From a virus (lineage: Duplodnaviria; Caudoviricetes): 34,642 nt of DNA. The notes below the pieces were generated by a model. The model was not told the origin of the DNA, did not search any database, and saw nothing but the letters and a program-made list of their open reading frames with translations. The translations under genes were made by a program, and so were the position numbers. This document shows, one piece after another, positions 1 through 5,578 of the stretch. Position 1 is the first letter of the stretch. Every line of letters starts with the position of its first letter. The stretch is from IMG/VR virus record IMGVR_UViG_3300034148_000022, positions 1 to 34,642 of that record; one strand, given 5' to 3'.

Positions 1-71
1 CATGCCTGCCGGTGGCCGGTGACGCCGCCGCTGACTTGGCACCAGATCCCGTATTCCTTGGTCGTGTTCAT
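1..71 (-). CDS. 5' part of a small hypothetical phage protein (MNTTKEYGIWCQVSGGVTGHRQA...), runs off the left edge
   Basis: ATG at 71-69, 7 nt after the ATGCGAGGA start motif (79-87); open to position 1; not in the ORF track. Confidence 0.75.
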   Translation of the reverse strand, partial: MNTTKEYGIWCQVSGGVTGHRQA

Positions 72-78
72 GGTCGTC

Positions 79-87
79 TCCTCGCAT
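79..87 (-). promoter_or_regulatory. Start-associated motif ATGCGAGGA, copy 1 (contains SD GAGGA)
   Basis: tcctcgcat on the + strand; preceded on the transcript by the alternative hairpin GGGCA-AUGG-UGCCC. Confidence 0.85.
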
Positions 88-97
88 AGGGGCACCA

Positions 98-141
98 TTG
101 CCCGCCTCTGGCCCCGCCGTGGCAGGGCCAGAAGCCGACAA
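98..141 (-). ncRNA. Long intergenic hairpin, family H copy A
   Basis: UUGUC-G-GCUUCUGGCCCUGC-CACG-GCGGGGCCAGAGGC-G-GGCAA; shares the GUCGGCU...GGCGGGCA base with copies at 1780 and 2574; begins right after the stop codon of 142-639. Confidence 0.7.
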
Positions 142-639
142 TCAGCGCAGGGCCTCGTTTTCGCGGATGTGGATGTAAAGCAGGGCCTCGGCCTGCTCCA
201 ATGTCATGGCCACCTCGTCTTCTGGTGCCATGAAGATGTAGTGAAACCCATCCGGTAGCTGGATGATGTCGACCGGCGGCTTATCCGCGGCGTGCGAATA
301 GCGGTAAACCTTGAGGACATTGGGTTTGTAGTGTTCCAGCGACACCTCGCGCCGGGTCGACCGGAACGCCTGCAGGCCAATGAATTCCTGCAGGCTCTGG
401 TCCGTCTCCGGGTCGTAACCGGCCACGATCGCGTCGTGACGCTGGCCCAAGATGATCGCCGACTCAGCCTCATCGGCCGCAGTGACCTCGGTCCAGCCAC
501 AGTCGTTGCAGCGGTAGTTTTCGTAATCGTTGGTGTTTAACCAAGTCTGGGCGTCGATGCTCCAGGTCTGGGGAACCGTCCTAAAAACGTCGGGGCTGCC
601 GCAGTGCGCGCACAGCACATCTTTAGTGGTGTCGGTCAT
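142..639 (-). CDS. Hypothetical protein, 165 aa, N-terminal zinc-ribbon-like (CAHC...CNDC)
   Basis: Start motif 4 nt upstream, own promoter at 681-709, two CxxC pairs. Confidence 0.8.
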   Translation of the reverse strand: MTDTTKDVLCAHCGSPDVFRTVPQTWSIDAQTWLNTNDYENYRCNDCGWTEVTAADEAESAIILGQRHDAIVAGYDPETDQSLQEFIGLQAFRSTRREVSLEHYKPNVLKVYRYSHAADKPPVDIIQLPDGFHYIFMAPEDEVAMTLEQAEALLYIHIRENEALR

Positions 640-643
640 GGTG

Positions 644-672
644 TCCTCGCATGTTGTCGGCCGCCAAGGCCG
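644..672 (-). promoter_or_regulatory. Leader: UUGGC-loop hairpin plus start motif copy 2
   Basis: Transcript reads CGGCC-UUGGC-GGCCG-ACAACAUGCGAGGA-CACC-AUG. Confidence 0.85.
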
Positions 673-680
673 GTGCTGGT

Positions 681-709
681 TACATAGTCTCTTAAGGTGA
701 CGTTGTCAA
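681..709 (-). promoter_or_regulatory. Sigma70-type promoter P1
   Basis: TTGACA (709-704), 17-nt spacer, TATGTA (686-681); AAGAGACTATGTA is identical to the promoter at 4213-4241. Confidence 0.85.
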
Positions 710-710
710 C

Positions 711-744
711 GCGGGGCGGCAGGGTCGCCGCCGCCCCATTGGGT
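711..744 (-). repeat. CCCATTGGGT palindrome plus GC hairpin, copy 1
   Basis: cccattgggt at 735-744; transcript ACCCAAU-GGGGCGGC...GCCGCCCC-GC. Confidence 0.75.
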
Positions 745-752
745 GGCGTCAG

Positions 753-980
753 TCAGTCGACACCGTAATCGGCGCGCGCCATCGCGGCACACTCCTCGAG
801 ATTGACGGCGGGATCCGCGGCCGCCTCGAGGCGCATCGCCGCCATGTCGGCGTCATACTCCTCGGTCCAGTCGTCGAACGGCACGCCGTAGTCGGCCACG
901 TTTTTGGCCACGTCGAATCGCAGGCCGACGCGGCGCAGGCGCAACGCCCATTTGCTGCAGATCTGGTGAATGTCGATCAT
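753..980 (-). CDS. Hypothetical protein, 75 aa (MIDIHQICSKW...)
   Basis: Start reassigned to the ATG 5 nt after the start motif at 986-994; acidic C-terminal half. Confidence 0.75.
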   Translation of the reverse strand: MIDIHQICSKWALRLRRVGLRFDVAKNVADYGVPFDDWTEEYDADMAAMRLEAAADPAVNLEECAAMARADYGVD

Positions 981-985
981 CTCAT

Positions 986-1030
986 TCCTCGCATGTTGCG
1001 GGCGGCGCGGTATTGCGCCGCCCATTGGGT
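986..1030 (-). promoter_or_regulatory. CCCATTGGGT copy 2, hairpin and start motif copy 3
   Basis: ACCCAAU-GGGCGGCGC-AAUACC-GCGCCGCCC-GCAACAUGCGAGGA. Confidence 0.85.
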
Positions 1031-1038
1031 GGGAAAGA

Positions 1039-1242
1039 TCAGGCCACGGCCTCGGCCCCGTGTCCGGTCCATCGATGGGTGACCGGATCCGGGCTTTCGG
1101 TCGCGCGCGTTTCCCGCACCGCGGTCCAGCGCAGTGACAGGTCCAGCGCATAGGCCTCGGCCTCGGCGCGGTTAGCGAATCTCAGGCCGTTGCCCGCCCA
1201 TTGACCGGACGAGTCCGCGATAACCTCGGGCATCCATGACAT
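1039..1242 (-). CDS. Hypothetical protein, 67 aa (MSWMPEVIADSSGQWAGNGLRFA...)
   Basis: ATG 6 nt after the start motif; NGLRFA..AEAE pattern typical of small phage early proteins. Confidence 0.8.
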   Translation of the reverse strand: MSWMPEVIADSSGQWAGNGLRFANRAEAEAYALDLSLRWTAVRETRATESPDPVTHRWTGHGAEAVA

Positions 1243-1248
1243 AGCAAG

Positions 1249-1293
1249 TCCTCGCATGTTGCGGGGCGTGCGGGATCGCCCGCCCCATTGGGT
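1249..1293 (-). promoter_or_regulatory. CCCATTGGGT copy 3, hairpin and start motif copy 4
   Basis: ACCCAAU-GGGGCG-G-GCG-AUCC-CGC-A-CGCCCC-GCAACAUGCGAGGA. Confidence 0.85.
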
Positions 1294-1318
1294 TTGTATT
1301 CACGCGCTGGTGCTTTCC

Positions 1319-1389
1319 GGGCGCGCGCCGGCAGCTGCGCCAGGGCGCAGTGGTGCCAGGCCCCAACAGGCGCGGCGCGCCCATTGGGT
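1319..1389 (-). repeat. CCCATTGGGT copy 4 followed by an extended irregular stem-loop
   Basis: cccattgggt at 1380-1389; GGGCGCGC...GCGCGCCC closes an inner GGCA/UGCC stem and a CUGCGC-CCUG-GCGCAG hairpin. Confidence 0.6.
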
Positions 1390-1438
1390 GATGGTTATCC
1401 TAGGCCGCGCGGATCCGGCCGCGCGGTCGCGCGCGGAG

Positions 1439-1741
1439 CTACCAGACTCCCCAAGCTTCCAGTGCGGCGCGGTTGCGTTCGGCCGCGATCCGCTCCGCGC
1501 GCGGCATCGCCTCAAAGAATGCGGTCACCTCGTCGGCGATCGCGCGTTGTTCGGCCGTCATAAAGATCAGGCCTGCAATCGAAGCTTTGAACGGATTGCA
1601 CGCAAGCATGGCACCCTGCCAAGCGGCATAGGCCAGCGTCTGAGAGGCGGGCGCGCGCGCCAGCAATTGCCCGCGGTGCTTGCCGCGGGTCGCGTAGCAG
1701 GCCGCTAGCGCGGCGCGCGCGGCGTCTGACAGTGTCGTCAT
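1439..1741 (-). CDS. Hypothetical protein, 100 aa
   Basis: ATG 8 nt after the start motif at 1750-1758; protein-like composition. Confidence 0.8.
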   Translation of the reverse strand: MTTLSDAARAALAACYATRGKHRGQLLARAPASQTLAYAAWQGAMLACNPFKASIAGLIFMTAEQRAIADEVTAFFEAMPRAERIAAERNRAALEAWGVW

Positions 1742-1749
1742 AGGTTCGT

Positions 1750-1780
1750 TCCTCGCATGTTGTCGGCCGCGGGTTCGGCC
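1750..1780 (-). promoter_or_regulatory. Hairpin plus start motif copy 5
   Basis: GGCCG-AACCCG-CGGCC-GACAACAUGCGAGGA. Confidence 0.85.
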
Positions 1781-1844
1781 GTTCCTAGTGCCCGCCAGTG
1801 CGCCGCGGGGTGTGATGCCCGCGGCGCACTAGCCGACTCTCAGG
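1780..1844 (-). ncRNA. Long intergenic hairpin, family H copy B
   Basis: 16-bp stem GCUAGUGCGCCGCGGG/CCCGCGGCGCACUGGC, loop CAUCACAC; 18-nt and 15-nt flanks identical to copy C. Confidence 0.8.
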
Positions 1845-2538
1845 CGGTGAGGCGCAATACCTCAGCGATCATTTCCTCGGTCGTTGCGTGCAATGCATAC
1901 GCCTCAAGGTCGGCCATCTCCTTGGAAGTCAGGATGAGGCGGGCGGCGTCAAACAATGCATTCTGCGCCTTGATCTGCCGCTCGGATCCCCAGTCGGAAT
2001 CGGTGTAGGGCAGGGCCGCGCGGGCGAGTGCCTCAAGGTCGGGCCGATTGACTGGCTGCGAGGTGGTCGCGATGTCCCAACGATAAATGAAGTTCCGCAG
2101 CCAGTCGTTTTGCTCTTTGGTCAAGTCGTCGGGGTCGTGTTCGTCGGCGGACAATTCCGGCAGGCCGTTCGCCGTTGTCCAGTCGCCGTATTCCTTGATC
2201 AGCGTATTCACCGCGTCGTCGGCGCTGTATTCGCCATAAGCATGGTCGACGAACAAGCGCGCCTCAAGTGCCTCTAGGTCGTCGTCAATCCATTCGGCAT
2301 TGCTGATCAGCAAGTGCCATCGGCCATGGTCGCGCGCATTGTTCGGCCAATCCGGCTGCACCTCTTCGATATAGAGGGAACCAAGGTACAGATTACCGGA
2401 CGGGCGCAAGCGTTCGCCGCTGTCCCATTGGCGCGCCATGTCGTCGTCGAAGGATTCGAAATAAGGAGTCGTGCGCAAGTCCTCGCACCATTGGCGGGTC
2501 GCGCGGAAGGCTTCGAAGGTGAGCGGTCGTTTAGCCAT
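1840..2538 (-). CDS. Hypothetical acidic protein, 232 aa (MAKRPLTFEAF...)
   Basis: Start reassigned to the ATG 7 nt after the start motif at 2546-2554. Confidence 0.85.
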   Translation of the reverse strand: MAKRPLTFEAFRATRQWCEDLRTTPYFESFDDDMARQWDSGERLRPSGNLYLGSLYIEEVQPDWPNNARDHGRWHLLISNAEWIDDDLEALEARLFVDHAYGEYSADDAVNTLIKEYGDWTTANGLPELSADEHDPDDLTKEQNDWLRNFIYRWDIATTSQPVNRPDLEALARAALPYTDSDWGSERQIKAQNALFDAARLILTSKEMADLEAYALHATTEEMIAEVLRLTA

Positions 2539-2545
2539 TGCAGTA

Positions 2546-2574
2546 TCCTCGCATTGTTGTGCCGCGGGCGCGGC
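2546..2574 (-). promoter_or_regulatory. Hairpin plus start motif copy 6
   Basis: GCCGC-GCCC-GCGGC-ACAACAAUGCGAGGA. Confidence 0.85.
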
Positions 2575-2635
2575 GTTCCTAGTGCCCGCCATTAGGCCGC
2601 GCGGGTGAGGCGCGGCCTAATAGCCGACTCTCAGG
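2574..2635 (-). ncRNA. Long intergenic hairpin, family H copy C
   Basis: 15-bp stem GCUAUUAGGCCGCGC/GCGCGGCCUAAUGGC, loop CUCACCC; stem sequence differs from copy B while pairing is kept. Confidence 0.8.
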
Positions 2636-3158
2636 ACAACGACTCAAGCTTGGCGCGGTCCCATGCCGCGTTCCACAGTGTCACGTCGGCGTCGGTCGGT
2701 TCCTTGTTCCATGCTTCCGGCAGGAACGGCCGATTGAAGGCGCGTTCAAACGCCTCTGCCATCGCCATGTTGGCATCACAAAAATCGTGAGTCGCGCAAA
2801 TCCCGCGGCCGTAGGTCTTATTCCGTTTCCTGATTTCGGCAAGCTCGGCGGGCGTCGTCCATTCGGTGATGACCGCCACAAAATGCCGCGCCAGAACCAA
2901 CGCCTCTACCTCGCGCCAGTCGTCGGTCGCCAGCAAATCGTCGGGCGTATAATCGTGTCCTTCTTCCGTCACATAGAACCGCGGGCCGTCTCCCATCTCG
3001 CGCTTTGCCGCGTCGACATAGTCAATGGCGATTCGAAGCTTCAACCCATCATGGGTGAACGATGGGCACGAGTCGTTGTGCCATGACGTGTCGACGAATC
3101 CCGCGGGCAGTGCGGGCAGGGCGTCGGTGTAGTCGGGGAATTCGGTTTGGTAGGTCAT
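2631..3158 (-). CDS. Hypothetical phage protein, 175 aa, motifs DTSWHNDSCPSF and CATHDFCDANM
   Basis: ATG 6 nt after the start motif at 3165-3173; lies directly downstream of the hammerhead. Confidence 0.85.
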   Translation of the reverse strand: MTYQTEFPDYTDALPALPAGFVDTSWHNDSCPSFTHDGLKLRIAIDYVDAAKREMGDGPRFYVTEEGHDYTPDDLLATDDWREVEALVLARHFVAVITEWTTPAELAEIRKRNKTYGRGICATHDFCDANMAMAEAFERAFNRPFLPEAWNKEPTDADVTLWNAAWDRAKLESLS

Positions 3159-3164
3159 TGTCGG

Positions 3165-3175
3165 TCCTCGCATTG
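3165..3175 (-). promoter_or_regulatory. Start motif copy 7, abutting the ribozyme 3' end
   Basis: CAAUGCGAGGA-CCGACA-AUG. Confidence 0.85.
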
Positions 3176-3235
3176 TGGCGGCTCGTCAGTGCGGGTTGCC
3201 AAGTCCGCAGACCGCGCGCGGGGCGCGGTTTCGCC
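3176..3235 (-). ncRNA. Type II hammerhead ribozyme with loop I pseudoknot; predicted cut after C at 3210
   Basis: GGC-GAA-ACCGCGC-CCCGC-GCGCGGU-C^-UGCGG-ACUUGGCAAC-CCGCA-CUGACGA-GCC-GCCA. All core nucleotides (CUGANGA, GAAA, GUC), stem III 7 bp, stem I 5 bp, open stem II 3 bp with G10.1-C11.1; loop UGGC can pair with the 3' GCCA. Confidence 0.93.
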
Positions 3236-3237
3236 TT

Positions 3238-3411
3238 TCAGTCGCGCCGCGCGTCGGCCTCCGCGAGTCGGCGCACCTCTTGGCGGGCCTCATACGCCGT
3301 TTCGAAGTGCGCCACATTTTCGAACGTCGCGACAACCTGAACGGTGAACGTCGGGATTGGCGCGGCATCGGTCACAATGCGGTAGTGCATGAGGTGGCGT
3401 TCAATTCTCAT
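3238..3411 (-). CDS. Small hypothetical protein, 57 aa (MRIERHLMHYRIVTDAAP...EADARRD)
   Basis: ATGA overlap with the upstream stop (translational coupling); stop 2 nt before the hammerhead; below the ORF-track cutoff. Confidence 0.7.
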   Translation of the reverse strand: MRIERHLMHYRIVTDAAPIPTFTVQVVATFENVAHFETAYEARQEVRRLAEADARRD

Positions 3412-4166
3412 GACCGCACCACAAATCCGCTGCGGTCACGTTTCGCGGCATTGCCTTTCGGTGACAATCCGACGACAACGCCGCGCGGGTCGAGGTGGCG
3501 CAAGTCGTGCAAGTCGCCGTTGATGACAGGCGCGCCGAGGTAGGTCGCGGGCAATGCGCCAGCAAACACCGCAGCGACATTACCGCCTGCAGCAAGGACT
3601 CGCCTACAGTCATCCTCGTTTGTTTCTGAGCGGCTGAAAGTCACGGACACATTGCGCGGAAGCTTGCCCGCGGCGTGCGCCAGCGCGCGCGACACAAGCT
3701 TGGTGTAATCGGTAAACTGAACGTAGGGGTGATTCCGCGCCGCGGTGTCGACCAAAAGCGGGATATCGGTCGAGCCATTCAACCGGACACATAGTTCAAG
3801 CTTCAATCGGCGTGCTTCGCGTTTGGCGCGCCAGATTGCCGCGTCGATGATCGCCAGATAGGCCGCGCGGTCTTTCATGAACATGCGGGCGCGGCGTTTG
3901 CGTGCGGTGATCGCCTGCGAGTCCTTGCCCGCGGCGTGAATCGCTGCCTGCCCGCTATGCTCGCCAAGGCAGATCGCAATGCATCCTGCAGAGGCGGACG
4001 GGCAAAGGTTTCCGACTCCTGCGGTCGTGGAATGCGCCATGTAGTGAATCGCATTGTGCCAACCATAGGCCGCGGCTTTGCTTGCCTTGGGATTGTCGGT
4101 TGAGAAAAGCCGCGCGGCGTCGACCATGTAGTGGGCGGCCGTGGCGCGGAAGGAAGCTTGTAGCAT
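3408..4166 (-). CDS. GP88-like phage protein (radical-SAM-like Cys cluster), 252 aa
   Basis: NLCPSASAGCIAICL (Cx6Cx3C), VRLNGSTD, QFTDYTK, TFSRSE and GDLHDLRHLDP motifs recalled as the phage GP88 family; ATG 5 nt after the start motif. Confidence 0.75.
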   Translation of the reverse strand: MLQASFRATAAHYMVDAARLFSTDNPKASKAAAYGWHNAIHYMAHSTTAGVGNLCPSASAGCIAICLGEHSGQAAIHAAGKDSQAITARKRRARMFMKDRAAYLAIIDAAIWRAKREARRLKLELCVRLNGSTDIPLLVDTAARNHPYVQFTDYTKLVSRALAHAAGKLPRNVSVTFSRSETNEDDCRRVLAAGGNVAAVFAGALPATYLGAPVINGDLHDLRHLDPRGVVVGLSPKGNAAKRDRSGFVVRS

Positions 4167-4171
4167 CGGGA

Positions 4172-4201
4172 TCCTCGCATGTTGTGCCCGTGCCAACGGG
4201 C
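4172..4201 (-). promoter_or_regulatory. Leader: UUGGCA-loop hairpin plus start motif copy 8
   Basis: GCCCG-UUGGCA-CGGGC-ACAACAUGCGAGGA. Confidence 0.85.
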
Positions 4202-4212
4202 GTTACCTCTCC

Positions 4213-4241
4213 TACATAGTCTCTTCATGCGACCATGTCAA
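4213..4241 (-). promoter_or_regulatory. Sigma70-type promoter P2 heading the leftward cluster
   Basis: TTGACA (4241-4236), 17 nt, TATGTA (4218-4213); matches P1. Confidence 0.85.
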
Positions 4242-4254
4242 GGGGCGCCATAGA

Positions 4255-4324
4255 GGTGTCGATCGGCGCGGTGTCGGTCGCGCGGCCGCAATGCCCGCCT
4301 CGGCGCAATGCCCGCCGCGCAATG
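4255..4324. repeat. Short direct repeats upstream of P2
   Basis: GGTGTCGRTCG at 4255 and 4270; CGCAATGCCCGCC at 4287 and 4304, partial CGCAATG at 4318. Confidence 0.6.
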
Positions 4325-4619
4325 ATATTTCGCTCACGGTTGGACCTGGACGGCGGACCGGCGTTTTTCGTGCGCTGCCAAGGGTTTGCCCGGCGATCCT
4401 CAGGCGGCGTATGAGCTAGGCCTACAAAATAGGCCGATAGAGTGGTAAAGCGTTTCCGTCTCTAATCCGTGTCCATCCGGTCGCCAAGGTTGCAACGTCA
4501 ATGATTGCAATGGCTTGCGAGGGTGCATTTGACAAATCCGGGGATAAGTCGCCAAATCCCGCGCGGCGGGCCGTGTGATTCGCGCGCGGTTCCGGGTGCC
4601 CGCCTTCCCTCATCTCCGC

Positions 4620-4647
4620 TTGCCTATCGCTCGGCGCCGGCTAGGCT
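4620..4647 (+). promoter_or_regulatory. Candidate leaderless promoter for the 4654 gene
   Basis: TTGCCT-16 nt-TAGGCT, ending 6 nt before an ATG that has no SD. Confidence 0.45.
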
Positions 4648-4653
4648 GCCGCG

Positions 4654-5151
4654 ATGTCAGACGTTCCCGCCGATATTGCCGCGCTACTGCCCGCCAATGC
4701 GGCGCGCCACAACGTCGCCGTGCCCGCGGGCAAGCTTAAAACGGCGCTAGACTTGCTGATATGGGGTGACCCGGAGACGTTGCGGCCGGTTCCATGGCCG
4801 GAGGCGGCCCGAAGGGCGAGTCTCTCAATCCAAACAATGCGGAAACACCTCGCTAACCCTGCAGTGCGGCGCTACCTCACGTTGGAGCGGCAAGTATTCG
4901 CTGCGAGTGTCTCAGCGCAAAATATCGGCCGCGCCGTCGCCATCCGCGATCAGGATGAGAATCGGACCGCGGCGCTGCAGGCGGTGCGATGGATTGAAGA
5001 GGTCGCATCGGGTCGCGCGGCGAGTGAGGCGGGGCGCGTGTCGGCACCGGGCATCGTGATCAACATCGGCGCGGCCGCGGTGCCGCGATCGATGCCCGCG
5101 GATGATGCGCTGATTGAAATCAATCCGATTGGTGATGCTCCCGAGGTGTGA
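4654..5151 (+). CDS. terS: Probable terminase small subunit (HTH protein), 165 aa
   Basis: HTH-like PEAARRASLSIQTMRKHL, helical middle, C-terminal strand PGIVINIG; first gene of the rightward arm; no other terS candidate near terL. Confidence 0.55.
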   Translation: MSDVPADIAALLPANAARHNVAVPAGKLKTALDLLIWGDPETLRPVPWPEAARRASLSIQTMRKHLANPAVRRYLTLERQVFAASVSAQNIGRAVAIRDQDENRTAALQAVRWIEEVASGRAASEAGRVSAPGIVINIGAAAVPRSMPADDALIEINPIGDAPEV

Positions 5152-5578
5152 GGCGGATACAGTGTCCGCCGTCGGGCATTGATGCGCCTCGCATATTCGG
5201 CGTTCCTGCGATCCTACCCCCGTTCGTACCCCCGCCTCGGATGACGCTTGCGCCTCGCGCCGCATCGCGCGCTGCATCGCGCATGAAAGGCACGGGCGCG
5301 CGATCGCGCATGATGCGCGCGCATCACGCACGCACGCCACGCACGCGCATGCCTGCTTGCGCCTGCCCGCGGCCGCGCGCGCGCGACCAGGCACCCGCAG
5401 CTGCATTTGCGCCGGCGCGCCGCAGGCTCGAGGCCGGGGGGCAAAACTGGCCGCCGACTTCTCCGCTGCTAATCGGGAGGCGCAAGCTCTGGCTTTTTTT
5501 CTGACCCCCGTGAATTTTGGTTTTTGGTGAAAACTGCGTCGGGTTGACGGTTCTGGTATTTTCGGTTCCCTTGGTGGG

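Noticed and set aside
1780-2635. H hairpins B and C as extra hammerheads (CUGAGAG start)
   Set aside because: The core lacks N7, no GAAA follows the stem, and there is no stem I/III with an NUH site.
98-2635. Spacer hairpins as intrinsic terminators
   Set aside because: None is followed by a U-tract on the transcribed strand.
79-4180. Repeated + strand TCCTCGC resembles the L3 loop of HDV-like ribozymes
   Set aside because: A flanking P3 helix forms in only two of eight copies, no P1/P2/P4 nesting was found, and every copy sits at SD distance from a minus-strand start codon.
79-4180. ATGCGAGGA as a shared N-terminal peptide (Met-Arg-Gly)
   Set aside because: Spacing to the real start is 4-8 nt, so it is in frame in only two genes; conservation is at the nucleotide level.
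69-4241. CRISPR array or integron cassette array
   Set aside because: Repeats are short and separated by whole genes of variable length; no cas or integron integrase; hairpins lack the RYYYAAC...GTTRRRY attC boxes.
5148-5504. ORFs across the terS-HNH gap
   Set aside because: Low-complexity Arg/Ala translations of GC repeats with no convincing SD or motifs.
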